Positions 41,456-52,310 are shown, numbered from the whole stretch's first letter. The stretch: DNA of 60,305 bases, filler included, from Candidatus Zapsychrus exili (GCA_030765585.1; 4 parts of 4 records of this genome joined end to end with filler, not necessarily neighbours in it); one strand, 5' to 3'. Notes: generated by a model from the letters alone, not told the origin. Made by a program: numbers and translations.

Positions 41456-42205
41456 TTATTGTAAAATATTTCCTATGGTTGATATAAGTGTCGCCGCATT
41501 TACCGGCTTATTTAAATGTGCATGAGCACCAGCTTCCATCTCAGCTTTTATATCTTCAGCTGAATCTTTGTCTGTAAGAAATACAACTGGTATATCTTTT
41601 GTTCCTGGATCTTTTTTTATTTCCTTACACACTTCTCGCCCCTTTATCCCAGGCAAAAGAACATCGAGAATAATTAAATCAGGTTTTTGTGCTTTTGTAA
41701 CCTGTAGACCTATCTCTCCAGTATCGGCGGTCAAAACAGAATATCCAGCAGATATAAGCCATGGACGAACTATTTTTATAATAGATGGATCGTCATCTAC
41801 AATTAGAATACTTTTCCATTCTTTCTTTTTCTTACTAACAAAACAATTTCTTAGAGATACTGCATCAAAATAATCTATTATCACAGGTTGAGTAAAAAAC
41901 ATAATAACAATAACATTCATAATCATATAGCTTGGTGGTATAGCATCAGGAAAAGTTAAAGACATTATCAAAGAATAGATAAGACATAGTCCGTTAGCTG
42001 ATATTAAAAGAAGTCTTCCCCATTCTTTTAATCTAGAAACAGCAACCGCGCTTAAAAATAACGCTGCGAATATAGCAACGAGAGGCTTAGCATAAACAGA
42101 ATGTGCCGCTACTTTATTTGCTTGAAAATAAGCTGCAAACAAAACAAGATAAAGCACCGCAAGACCTATTCCAATAATTTTCATATTCAACGATTTTTTG
42201 TCCAT
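41456..42205 (-). CDS. Membrane-anchored receiver-domain protein
   Basis: Four TM helices, then ILIVDDD..PDLIILDV..FLT..KP. Confidence 0.85.
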   Translation of the reverse strand: MDKKSLNMKIIGIGLAVLYLVLFAAYFQANKVAAHSVYAKPLVAIFAALFLSAVAVSRLKEWGRLLLISANGLCLIYSLIMSLTFPDAIPPSYMIMNVIVIMFFTQPVIIDYFDAVSLRNCFVSKKKKEWKSILIVDDDPSIIKIVRPWLISAGYSVLTADTGEIGLQVTKAQKPDLIILDVLLPGIKGREVCKEIKKDPGTKDIPVVFLTDKDSAEDIKAEMEAGAHAHLNKPVNAATLISTIGNILQ

Positions 42206-42236
42206 AATTACTCCCCTTTACATTAAAAGTTTATAA

Positions 42237-43772
42237 TCAAATACGTCTCTTAATTTTCATAAGAGCACAAAGTAGTATACATCCAAAACAAAGATATGTA
42301 AAAACATCTCCAAATTTTGTATAAATAGTCTTTTTTTGATTCAAATCAACATTTAGCGTAGCATATCCTTTAATATATGTCATTTTATTACTATTATTTT
42401 TAACATTATTTAAAATATTACCAGAAGAATTAATAAAAGAACTTAACCCCGTATTCGCAGATCTTACAACATACTTCCTATTTTCAACTGCCCTAAGCAC
42501 GGAGCTCGAAAGATGCATAAAAGGTTCTTTTGAATCACCAAACCATGCATCATTTGTAATATTAATCAAAAGCTCTGCACCAGATAATACAAACCCCCTT
42601 GAAATCGTCTCTATTGTATCTTCGAAACAAATCAGAACAGAAAAAAGGCCTCCCCCTTCTAAGCTAAATGTTGTAAATTCACTCCCGCTAGTAAAATCAT
42701 CGATTGGAACAATATATTTCAGAAATGGAAAAGCAGAGCGAAACGGAATATACTCACCATAAGCCACTAAATGCAGCTTATTATATTTTTCTTTTATCTC
42801 TCCATATTTTGTTGTAAGTATCGCTGAATTAAAATAATCTTGGCCCTCTCTTGTAACAGAACCAAACAATATCGGCACTTTGATATTATTGCTTAAGTTC
42901 TTTACCTCATTTACAAATTTTTCTTCATCAGGAAATATTGCTGGAACAGATGTCTCGGGCCAAATAATTAAATCAGGACTATCGTTCATTGCTTTTAATG
43001 TAAGATCGATATGTTCTTCCACTATTTTAGGCCAAAGACTTTCTTGCCATATATTTGTAAGCTTAGTATTTGGTTGTACGACCGCTATCTTTAGCTTTCC
43101 CGTCGACTCAATAGTATTATTTAATCTATAATTCCCATATAAAAATGTTGCCGCAAGCAAAGCAACAACTACAAAGCAACTCAAAATTGTAGCACCTGGC
43201 ACTCGCAAATTTCTTTTAGGTGCCCGGCACCACTTCAAAAAGATATCAACTAAACCTTTTAACAAAACATTTACAGCAATAATCAAAAAAGATATTCCAT
43301 ATACACCTGTAATATCGGCAATTTGAATTATATGTAAATTTTTATACTGAGAATATCCTAAAGATGCCCATCCAAAACCTGTGAATAGATAAGCGCGCGC
43401 ATATTCTAAAACAACCCAAACGCTTGATAAAAATAATATCTTAAGAAATAAATTCTTAGCTTTAAAAGAACTATAGCAAATAGCAAACAAACCAAAATAA
43501 AGCGCAAAATATAATACAAGCAATGTTGCGCCAACAAAGGTAACGTTAGTGAGCCAATAAAACACTAATACAAAAAATACTATTCCACAAAAGTAAGCTA
43601 TTTTAAAAGAATCTTTTCTAGATTTGTCGTCTAGCGCATAAAAAAGTGGGATCAATGATACCCACGAAAGAAACCAAATGTCAGTCTTTGGAAATGCCAA
43701 ACATAAAAGAACTGCTGATAAAATAGTCAGCATACAGTTTTTGGATTTTAAGAATTTAAGAAATAGTTTCAT
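42237..43772 (-). CDS. lnt: Apolipoprotein N-acyltransferase
   Basis: WPET, YNKLHLVAYGEYIP, ICFE, TNDAWF, RSANTG. Confidence 0.95.
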   Translation of the reverse strand: MKLFLKFLKSKNCMLTILSAVLLCLAFPKTDIWFLSWVSLIPLFYALDDKSRKDSFKIAYFCGIVFFVLVFYWLTNVTFVGATLLVLYFALYFGLFAICYSSFKAKNLFLKILFLSSVWVVLEYARAYLFTGFGWASLGYSQYKNLHIIQIADITGVYGISFLIIAVNVLLKGLVDIFLKWCRAPKRNLRVPGATILSCFVVVALLAATFLYGNYRLNNTIESTGKLKIAVVQPNTKLTNIWQESLWPKIVEEHIDLTLKAMNDSPDLIIWPETSVPAIFPDEEKFVNEVKNLSNNIKVPILFGSVTREGQDYFNSAILTTKYGEIKEKYNKLHLVAYGEYIPFRSAFPFLKYIVPIDDFTSGSEFTTFSLEGGGLFSVLICFEDTIETISRGFVLSGAELLINITNDAWFGDSKEPFMHLSSSVLRAVENRKYVVRSANTGLSSFINSSGNILNNVKNNSNKMTYIKGYATLNVDLNQKKTIYTKFGDVFTYLCFGCILLCALMKIKRRI

Positions 43773-43784
43773 TTAGGATTAGCT

Positions 43785-46754
43785 CTATCTACCACAACAC
43801 TTTTTGTGCTTTTTGCCACTTCCACATGGGCAGGGGTCATTGCGTCCAACTTTTGGATCTTTATTTTGATGTGGTGTAGGTTTGGGCGGTGGCAAATCTG
43901 GATTACTTGCGCCTTGTGCATTCGGTGCTTGATAATCGGATAGACTAGACATTTCATTATGAATTAATTTTTGCGGCAATGAACTAAAAATTCCTCTCGT
44001 ACGTTGTCGCTCTTTAGCAGATTGTATCTTAAATATCATCTGGCCTACTTCTTCGTTTATTGAAATATACATAACTTCGAACATCTGAAAACCTTCTCTT
44101 TTATATTCGATCAAAGGATCACGCTGCGCAAACGAACGTAAGCCAACACCTTCTCTCAATTGGTCCATTGCATAAAGATGATCTTTCCATTTTGAGTCAA
44201 TAGTATTTAAAAGAAGCATTCTTTCTATTTGTCTTAATTGTTCAACGCCAATCACTTCTTCTCTCTGCTTATATGCCAACATAAGCTCGTCGACAATAAG
44301 GCTTTCAATTTCGCCAGCATCCATATTTACTAATTTATCTTTATTGTGCTCAATATTAAAATTAAATGCCTGTTTCAAACTCAAATCAAGGCCTTCTATA
44401 TCCCAATCTATTTCGCCTTTTTGCTCTTGAAATAAATGTTGTTGGACTAATCCACATACTATATCTTTTATCGCCTCAACAATTAAATCTTTAACGTCTT
44501 GGCTTTCTAAGACAGAACGTCTTAAATCATAAATTACCTCACGCTGTCTATTCATTACATTGTCATACTCAAGCAAATGCTTTCTTATCTCAAAATTATG
44601 ACCCTCTACTCTTCTTTGTGCGCCTTCAATAGAACGAGATAAAAGTGGATGTTCTAAAACCTGGCCTTCTTCTAATCCTAAAGTGTTCATAACGCTTATA
44701 ATTCTGTCTGACGCAAAAAGTCGCATCAAATCATCTTCCAATGAAACAAAAAATCTTGAAGAACCAGGATCTCCCTGCCTTCCTTGACGACCTCTTAGCT
44801 GATTATCAATACGACGGGACTCATGACGCTCAGTACCAAGAACATGAAGGCCTCCAAGCCCTATAACCTTCTCGTGCTCCTCTTTAGTCTGCGCTCTAAA
44901 TTGCTCTAAAAACTTCTTTGTATTGCCCTCTATATCTTTATCGTCATCTGACTCTTTTGCTTTGTCCTCTGCTAAGGACTTCGCAAGAAACTCTGCATTA
45001 CCACCTAAAACAATATCAGTTCCTCGACCTGCCATATTAGTCGCAATAGTTACAGCTCCCAATCGTCCTGCCTGTGAAATTATTTGAGCTTCCATTTCAT
45101 GATACTTTGCATTTAGAACTTTATGAGTAATGCCTTTTGCAGATAACATCTTAGACAAAGTCTCTGAACGTTCAATTGATATAGTACCTACCAAAACAGG
45201 CTGACCACTTTTGCTACACTCCCCTATTTCTTGTACTACTGCATCAAACTTTTCTATCAAACTTCTATAAATACAATCAGGAAAATTTGCCCTCTGTAAC
45301 TTTCTATTCGTCGGGACAACAACGCAATCTAAACCATATATTTGCTCAAACTCTGTAGCTTCAGTGTAAGCGGTTCCTGTCATACCTGATAATTTTTCAT
45401 AAAGCCTAAAATAATTCTGGAAAGTAACTGTTGCAAGGGTTTGATTTTCGCGCTCAATTTTTATTCCTTCTTTTGCCTCAACTGCCTGATGAAGACCATC
45501 AGACCAGCGACGACCAGGCATCATGCGACCAGTAAACTCATCAACAATAATCACTTGACCATCTTTTTTAACATAATCAACATCCGCAACAAAGAATTCA
45601 CGTGCTTTTAAAGCTTGTAGGATATGATGACGATATTCTATAGTCTCCATATCGTGAAGATTATCTATACCAAAAAGTTTTGCGGCAACCTCTTCTCCCT
45701 GATCTGTCATAGAAACAGATTTTGCTTTTTCATCTGCCAGATAGTCATATCCTTCTGATAAATTAACCTCATCATGTTTTGCTTGAATTTCATCAGCTTC
45801 TGTAACACGACGGCCTTTGAGCTTCTTTGCTATTTCGTTTGCACGATAATATTTATCAGTCGACTCCTCTGCAGGTCCAGATATAATAAGCGGCGTTCTT
45901 GCCTCATCAACTAAAATACTATCAACCTCATCAACTACTGCAAAATGATGTGGTCGCTGAACCATATCTTCTTTATAATTAACCATGTTATCTCGAAGAT
46001 AATCAAATCCAAATTCATTATTCGTTCCGTATGTAACGTCACAATTATATGCAACTTTGCGTTCAGAAGGCATCATGTCGTGCTGAATAACTCCGATAGT
46101 AAGCCCCAAGAATTCAAAAATAGGTCCCATCCATTCACAGTCACGTTTAGCCAAATAATCATTTACAGTTACAACGTGAACACCTTCGCCTGTAAGCGCA
46201 TTAAGATAAGAAGGAAGTGTTGCAACAAGAGTTTTACCTTCTCCTGTTGTCATCTCTGCAATATCACCATTATTTAAAACCATGCCACCTATCATCTGCA
46301 CATCAAAATGTCTCATATTCAAAACACGTTTTCCTACTTCACGAACAACAGCAAAAGCTTCAGGTAATATATCATCTGAAACTTTTTTCTTAGCTTTTAC
46401 TAAATCGCTTTTTGCTTTATCAATTTGAACATTTATGCCATCTTTTTCTTCGTAAGTTTCTGCAACTTTATAAAGCTCCTCTAGACGCGATAACTCTTCT
46501 TTTTCTTTTTTTACAGCCTCTTTACATATCGACTGAAAATATGGAGTCTTGTCTTTAAGCTCAATATCAGTTAATTTGCTTATTTCAGATTCAAAACTAT
46601 TTATTTTTGAAACAGTTGCAGACATCTTTTTCATAAGTCGCACCGACGGAAGCGGTAGCTCATTATGAAGGTGCATTGTAACCTTAGGCTCTAAGTTATT
46701 TATAAACTTTTGAGCTGATTTTATTGTTCTTCCTCTAATTAAAAAATCAAACAT
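43785..46754 (-). CDS. secA: Preprotein translocase subunit SecA
   Basis: MTTGEGKT, DEVD, NMAGRGTDI, GRQGDPGSS, C-terminal SEC-C. Confidence 0.98.
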   Translation of the reverse strand: MFDFLIRGRTIKSAQKFINNLEPKVTMHLHNELPLPSVRLMKKMSATVSKINSFESEISKLTDIELKDKTPYFQSICKEAVKKEKEELSRLEELYKVAETYEEKDGINVQIDKAKSDLVKAKKKVSDDILPEAFAVVREVGKRVLNMRHFDVQMIGGMVLNNGDIAEMTTGEGKTLVATLPSYLNALTGEGVHVVTVNDYLAKRDCEWMGPIFEFLGLTIGVIQHDMMPSERKVAYNCDVTYGTNNEFGFDYLRDNMVNYKEDMVQRPHHFAVVDEVDSILVDEARTPLIISGPAEESTDKYYRANEIAKKLKGRRVTEADEIQAKHDEVNLSEGYDYLADEKAKSVSMTDQGEEVAAKLFGIDNLHDMETIEYRHHILQALKAREFFVADVDYVKKDGQVIIVDEFTGRMMPGRRWSDGLHQAVEAKEGIKIERENQTLATVTFQNYFRLYEKLSGMTGTAYTEATEFEQIYGLDCVVVPTNRKLQRANFPDCIYRSLIEKFDAVVQEIGECSKSGQPVLVGTISIERSETLSKMLSAKGITHKVLNAKYHEMEAQIISQAGRLGAVTIATNMAGRGTDIVLGGNAEFLAKSLAEDKAKESDDDKDIEGNTKKFLEQFRAQTKEEHEKVIGLGGLHVLGTERHESRRIDNQLRGRQGRQGDPGSSRFFVSLEDDLMRLFASDRIISVMNTLGLEEGQVLEHPLLSRSIEGAQRRVEGHNFEIRKHLLEYDNVMNRQREVIYDLRRSVLESQDVKDLIVEAIKDIVCGLVQQHLFQEQKGEIDWDIEGLDLSLKQAFNFNIEHNKDKLVNMDAGEIESLIVDELMLAYKQREEVIGVEQLRQIERMLLLNTIDSKWKDHLYAMDQLREGVGLRSFAQRDPLIEYKREGFQMFEVMYISINEEVGQMIFKIQSAKERQRTRGIFSSLPQKLIHNEMSSLSDYQAPNAQGASNPDLPPPKPTPHQNKDPKVGRNDPCPCGSGKKHKKCCGR

Positions 46755-46765
46755 ATAAACTCCTC

Positions 46766-47852
46766 TTATTTCATTCTTAAGAAAGCTTCCATAAACATAC
46801 CTAGACCACCATCCATAATTTTAGCAACATTTCCGGTTTCAGCCTCTGTCCTGTGATCCTTTACCATATTATAAGGATGCATAACATAAGATCTAATTTG
46901 ACTTCCCCACTCAATCTTTTGTTTGCTTCCATATTCTTTAGATAACTTTTCTTCTTGCTCTTTTAATTTTATCTCATAAATCCGCGCACGTAAAACCCTC
47001 ATTGCAGCTTGTTTGTTTTGCAACTGAGAACGTTCATTCTGGCATTGAACCACAATTCCAGTTGGCGTATGCGTCAATCTTACAGCTGAATCAGTTGTAT
47101 TAACACTTTGCCCACCTGGACCTGATGAACGGAATATATCTATACGCAAATCTTCTTGATTTATTTCAACATCGATATCGTCTTCTATTTCTGGGATAAC
47201 ATCAACTGATGCAAAAGAAGTATGACGACGGCTGTTTGAATCAAATGGCGAAATACGAACTAAACGATGTACGCCTTTCTCAGACTTTAAATAACCATAG
47301 ACCATATCGCCTGAAACAGATATTGTAGCGCTTTTTATACCAGCTTCTTCACCATCTAGCGTATCTAAAACTTTAACGGAATGTCCATTACTTTCGCCCC
47401 AGCGAATATACATACGAAGCAACATACTTGCCCAATCACAACTTTCAGTACCACCAGCACCAGCATTTATACTCAAAATCGCATTATTTTTATCAAACTG
47501 TCCACTTAATAAGCTTTTTGTTTCAAGGGCTTCTAAATCTTTTGCTAAAGCATCTGATTCTTCTTTAATCTGCGCAACCATATCCTGATCATCATCGCAA
47601 ATCTCTGCTAATTCTTTTAAATCTGACACCTTCTTTAAGCTTGTTTCAAAAGGATCAATACAGCTCTTTAAATATTTCATTTCCTTCATTAATTTATTTG
47701 ATTTATTAAAATCACTCCAGAAATCGGGCTCATTGATCTGATTTTGGATTAAACGAATAGAGTCTTCTTTTTGAGAAAGGTCAAAGAAACCCCCTTAGAC
47801 TTTGAAGTCTAGTTTCAATATTTTTAAGTGCAGTTTTTATATCTTCTAACAT
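46766..47852 (-). CDS. prfB: Peptide chain release factor 2 (programmed +1 frameshift, about 361 aa)
   Basis: ATG at 47852, 23 codons to AGGGGG-TTT-CTT-TGA-C, then the +1 frame with SPF and GGQ. Confidence 0.97.
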
Positions 47853-47960
47853 AATAATAAAAATAGTAATAATACTTAATAATGGTGGATATTATAACAT
47901 AGGTCTAAAGTATTGCAATATATTATAGGTAGCAGCCATCTATTTTAATCGCTTATAGGT

Positions 47961-47992
47961 ACCGTACCCCTTTTTGTAAAAAGGGGTACGGT
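47961..47992. repeat. Perfect REP-like hairpin
   Basis: ACCGTACCCCTTTTT-GT-AAAAAGGGGTACGGT. Confidence 0.85.
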
Positions 47993-48117
47993 TGTACTAG
48001 CTCACTAATTCGGTAACTCTTTTTAGTTTATCAAAAGGGGTCTCATAGTTCAAGCCCCCATGTCTACGAAGATGATTATATTCAAAAATATAATTACCTA
48101 AGTTAAGCACAATATCC
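47993..48117 (-). mobile_element. 3' end of an IS481-family element
   Basis: YIFEYNHLRRHGGLNYETPFDKLKRVTELVS* then TACA terminus; integrase-core C-terminal motif. Confidence 0.7.
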
Positions 48118-48217
48118 NNNNNNNNNNNNNNNNNNNNNNNNNNNNNNNNNNNNNNNNNNNNTTAATTAATTAANNNNNNNNNNNNNNNNNNNNNNNNNNN
48201 NNNNNNNNNNNNNNNNN
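48118..48217. other. Artificial contig linker
   Basis: N-run with TTAATTAATTAA. Confidence 0.98.
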
Positions 48218-48550
48218 AGCATAGGCTACTTCAAAAAGCAAAATAAATTTGAGCTGTGTTATTATAAAATTAAAGATTGTATATGTAAAGTATAAAAAAC
48301 ATGCAATAATTTGCTTTTAATTTTTTCGTAAAACACGTTATGATATAGCATCATAACAAAAAATTACCCTCGCCTTGACTTTCAACTAATACTTGGGATG
48401 GAGCAGGAAAGAATTTTGATCCTAATATAGCCAGAACATTTCTGCAGATTGTAAGAGAAGAAAAAACTCCCCTAAATCAATAAGGTTACTCATCCTTTTC
48501 TTTAAATTAATCTCTTTTACTCTATGGGTTATAAATATTGGGTTGGAAAC

Positions 48551-48577
48551 TGGCGGAGAGGCTGGGATTCGAACCCA
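48551..48577 (-). repeat. att direct repeat (3' 27 nt of tRNA-Ser)
   Basis: TGGCGGAGAGGCTGGGATTCGAACCCA identical to 60202-60228. Confidence 0.95.
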
Positions 48578-48732
48578 CTCTCCATAACATCTTTGTTTAT
48601 ATTATATTACGACAGGGTAAAATGTCAACGTGTTACGATTGTGACAAAAATAATATAGGATATATATCCTACAGACAAACCTAATCGTTTGCGTTTTTCT
48701 GTGTTCTTTGAATATATTTTTGAAGATATTTA

Positions 48733-49308
48733 TTAATCTAACATTCCCAAAAAATCACTGTGAGATAATACTTCTAAAAACTTATCGCTATTGATAAGTA
48801 AAACGTTCTTGAAACTTGATTTCAATTTGCCAACCGCTGTTGCAAATTCTATATACTTCATTATTCTTGTAAAACCTTTTAGCTTGCTTGGAGTTAGGGG
48901 TATAACTATTCCAATTGCACCAAGAATAGAAGCATTAGCAATATCCCCTAGCATGTGTTTGCGTGAGCCCGAAGCGTTCAATCTCAATTGCAAAAAACAT
49001 CTTGGGTTTCTGTTTAAACTTGTCAAAATATTATTTTTACTATGTAAACCGTTTTCTGATACATCAATTATTAGCCTTAAAAACTCACTGTATCTGTGAA
49101 TGCTATCTTTTATTCTCTGTTTATTATATTCAACCCTACCATCAATATTAAAAGGTCCGACTGCAATATCTAGTCTTGGACAATATATTTCTCGGGTTAA
49201 GCTATCTTGGCTGCTTTTCCCAACGTCCCATTCTTGTTTAACATTCTCATTGCCAAAAATTTGTTTTAGCTTATGACAAGAAGTTTTTTGATACTCTTTT
49301 GAGTCCAT
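48733..49308 (-). CDS. Putative PD-(D/E)xK nuclease-like protein
   Basis: PRLDIAVGP; AIEIE readable in a neighbouring frame at 48977-48991. Confidence 0.55.
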   Translation of the reverse strand: MDSKEYQKTSCHKLKQIFGNENVKQEWDVGKSSQDSLTREIYCPRLDIAVGPFNIDGRVEYNKQRIKDSIHRYSEFLRLIIDVSENGLHSKNNILTSLNRNPRCFLQLRLNASGSRKHMLGDIANASILGAIGIVIPLTPSKLKGFTRIMKYIEFATAVGKLKSSFKNVLLINSDKFLEVLSHSDFLGMLD

Positions 49309-49361
49309 CTTTTTGGTATTTTCTATAAACAGTTCTGTTTTTAAAACATCCTATCGGCCCA

Positions 49362-51143
49362 TTACATATCTTCATCGCTATCAACTTCTTCGTCAGCCTC
49401 ATAATCCAAATCAACCTGTATACCCAAAAGTTTTGCTTCATGAGATTTATCAGTTAATTCTAAAATTATCTTTTCATGAATTATAGACTGGTATTCTGTA
49501 TCAGTTAATTCAGTTTTAATTGAATCAAGCGTATCTTGATTAGCAGAAATGATATATTGTACATTATTATCTTTCGTATTTTCAAAAGCAAGTTTAAATA
49601 ACGTGGCTCTTTGTCTTGGATCCATGTCAGCAAGAAGTCTTCCATCATGAAAAATAAATTTTATGTTATGATTATGACCACACTTCATCAGAATCCAATC
49701 AAAACAAAATATTTTAACTTCACTGATACCATCACCTGTATCGCCTTGGATTTTAGCAGTAATATCAAACCTTAATCTATTTTGACCATCATTATTCTTT
49801 ACTTCAATACCTGCTTTTATGTTTTCATAAAACTGGTCAACAAATTGCTTAAATAAAGAGATATTCTCATTCAATAAAGGTTTAATTTCTTTCAAATAAT
49901 TATTTGTTGAAATATTCTCCTTACCAAGATCGATTTTTATGCTTTCTAGCTCATTTTTATACTGATTAGTAAGCTCTTCATAAGTTTTAAGCTTTGCTAA
50001 TTTAATCTCAAAATTGTTTTTTTGACTATTTAAAGCTGAATATACGTCTAATGCTCCATGCGTATTTAAATATTGCAACCTCTGGTCTAGTTCTTTACCT
50101 AGGGCGGTTATGGTCTTTTCAACTTCTAACAGTTTGTCTTTTAGCAACTTCATCTCCCCCGACAAACGCTGCTCTCTACTTATTAGCAATCTTTTATTAA
50201 ACGTTTCAACCTCACTAACTTTTTTAATAACCATATCATTCAGGCTTAACTTAGCATCTTTATATAAATCTAGAATCTTTTTCTTTGAAATATCTGGTTT
50301 TATTTCAAGACTTCTCTTAATATTTCGAATAGCATTATTTATCACTGTGGCTTGATTTTCGTAAATTCTACTCTTTGCAGATAATTCATCTGCTTCTTTG
50401 CGAATTTTATAAAAATCCTCTGCTACAATAAAGTTTGTAATTTTATGTAATAAGTTAGCAATTTTATTCTCTAAATCCACAATTTCTATATCTATATTCT
50501 TACTCTTTTTTGAATCCGTACTTTCTTCAAAAAATGATTTAAGAATAGGATCTTTCTCTATATTCTTTTTAAGCTTATCTACCTTATCAGCATTAATTTT
50601 TAAATCATATTTTTTAGATATTTTTTCCACGTCTAACCCTAACAGGTAAGCATTGTTAATCAAACGTGGATACTCTCGTTCTTCATAAACAAATATATCA
50701 TAACTACTATAACTACTTCTTTTGGGCCTAATAAATCTTGACATCAACGATCTATAGGTTAGGTATTTTTTCTTTTGGTCTAACGAAAATACCTTAACTT
50801 CTAAATATCTTTTGAATTCCCTTAATGTGTATTCCTTCCCATTCATCGTTAGTAATTTCTGATTATTAGTAGTCCTAGTTACAGTAAACTTCTCATCATC
50901 AATCATAAAATCTAATGTAAATATCCAGCCGGATAATTTTTTTTCAAACTCTGCGATTGGATTGCACCCGAAACAAAAATGTATGAGACGAATAATCAAT
51001 GATTTACCAACGCTATTATATGTTTTTCTTTTATTATCAACTGCTTCACTTTCTTTGCGACCGAGTATTATAGATATTCCACTTTTATTAAATGTAACAG
51101 TATGAAAACTTTTTTTATTTGCCCTTAATTCAATTAATCGCAT
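49362..51143 (-). CDS. ABC/SMC-like ATPase (DUF2326; LmuB-like) of an ABC three-component/Lamassu system
   Basis: NSVGKS Walker A, long coiled coil, GDG signature region, FIFHDG..DMDPRQ, QYIISAN. Confidence 0.88.
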   Translation of the reverse strand: MRLIELRANKKSFHTVTFNKSGISIILGRKESEAVDNKRKTYNSVGKSLIIRLIHFCFGCNPIAEFEKKLSGWIFTLDFMIDDEKFTVTRTTNNQKLLTMNGKEYTLREFKRYLEVKVFSLDQKKKYLTYRSLMSRFIRPKRSSYSSYDIFVYEEREYPRLINNAYLLGLDVEKISKKYDLKINADKVDKLKKNIEKDPILKSFFEESTDSKKSKNIDIEIVDLENKIANLLHKITNFIVAEDFYKIRKEADELSAKSRIYENQATVINNAIRNIKRSLEIKPDISKKKILDLYKDAKLSLNDMVIKKVSEVETFNKRLLISREQRLSGEMKLLKDKLLEVEKTITALGKELDQRLQYLNTHGALDVYSALNSQKNNFEIKLAKLKTYEELTNQYKNELESIKIDLGKENISTNNYLKEIKPLLNENISLFKQFVDQFYENIKAGIEVKNNDGQNRLRFDITAKIQGDTGDGISEVKIFCFDWILMKCGHNHNIKFIFHDGRLLADMDPRQRATLFKLAFENTKDNNVQYIISANQDTLDSIKTELTDTEYQSIIHEKIILELTDKSHEAKLLGIQVDLDYEADEEVDSDEDM

Positions 51144-51378
51144 TATAAATTTTTCCTTGATCATTAATATCTAAGGCCCCAACGCAAAATAAATAATCTA
51201 GAGCAAAAACTATATCATCAAATCCATGATGAGCTGGAAAACGTTTTGAATTATTTATTTTTGAGTAATCCCACCACAGCTCATCTATTGTTTTTGGTGT
51301 ATCCAAAAACTTTAATAAATAACTTCCTAAACCAAATAGAGATTCTGACATAGATATATGCTTTGATGGTAAAATCAA
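51130..51378 (-). CDS. ABC-3C middle component (LmuC-like)
   Basis: ILPSKHISMSESLFGLG..TIDELW..ALDYLF; TTG start overlaps the upstream TGA. Confidence 0.8.
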   Translation of the reverse strand: MILPSKHISMSESLFGLGSYLLKFLDTPKTIDELWWDYSKINNSKRFPAHHGFDDIVFALDYLFCVGALDINDQGKIYNAIN

Positions 51379-52310
51379 TTTTTTTCCTTTAATGGGGGAG
51401 TTTGAAAGATATCGCAGCACTCAAAATAATATGCCATTAAAACTAAAACGGCATCTTGTACCGGCCTAGTGCGCTTGGGACTAGCCTTTGTTAGAATATA
51501 AAAAAATACAGCATCGCTTTTATTTATATCGTTATTAACTTCCTTTACACCATTAGAATAATAATTAACAAATATCTCCTTAATGTCACTCTTCAAACTA
51601 ATACTGTTCTTCTCGAAATAATCTTTAATAACATGATTTTGATAATTGCCCTGATTGAGCAAGCTTGCAACACTTTCACTTAAATTGTTAAATACTATTT
51701 TCTTATCAAAGTCTGGATTCTTAGGAATCCTTTCTTCATTATAGGCAAACTTCATGCCCATCAAATGATTTATTACTTCATTCATTGCGCCAAAATTAAC
51801 ATCTGATATATTTAAAGGATCAGGCAAAGGTCCTAAAACACTGACAATTTGTTCATCGGAAAGCTCAAAAAATACATCTTCAAGGTTCTTACTTAGGAAG
51901 GAACTACATTTTATTCCAACATATTCCTTTTCAATTTCTGAAAGCTTTTCTTCTAAAGAATGGTATGTGCCTTTATATTTATCGTTTAATGCAAAAAAAT
52001 ACATTTTAATTGGGCTAATTTTATTCCAATATTTATATAATCCCTTAAAATCAACAGTTAATTTCTTAATAGTATTGTTTAAATTATTAGAACTATTCTC
52101 GGGGGCATATACTTGATAATATGTTCCCGATTCCTTGTCAAAACCATCATTCTTTCGGTCCCCATATTTGCCTTGTGGCTTGACAGGCTTAAAGTTTTTA
52201 TTTGCATTCTGCATGATATTAACGAAGAGATTTTCATATTCTTGACCATCACTCATATAGATCTTTGGGAGAAATAATAAACGTGCTATATATCTCTCAC
52301 TACTATTCAT
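51375..52310 (-). CDS. ABC-3C effector (LmuA-like): restriction-nuclease-like domain plus CTD
   Basis: GQEYENLF, GDRKNDGF..YYQVYAP, KIVFNNLS, YYFECCDIF. Confidence 0.85.
   Translation of the reverse strand: MNSSERYIARLLFLPKIYMSDGQEYENLFVNIMQNANKNFKPVKPQGKYGDRKNDGFDKESGTYYQVYAPENSSNNLNNTIKKLTVDFKGLYKYWNKISPIKMYFFALNDKYKGTYHSLEEKLSEIEKEYVGIKCSSFLSKNLEDVFFELSDEQIVSVLGPLPDPLNISDVNFGAMNEVINHLMGMKFAYNEERIPKNPDFDKKIVFNNLSESVASLLNQGNYQNHVIKDYFEKNSISLKSDIKEIFVNYYSNGVKEVNNDINKSDAVFFYILTKASPKRTRPVQDAVLVLMAYYFECCDIFQTPPLKEKN

Noticed and set aside
27435..48117. Contig 3 as a composite transposon between IS ends
   Set aside because: The ends belong to different IS families and the content is core genes; the IS copies simply broke the assembly
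48394..48483. Peptide WDGAGKNFDPNIARTFL resembling an HD-GYP C-terminus
   Set aside because: Only about 29 codons with an upstream in-frame stop; too little to call
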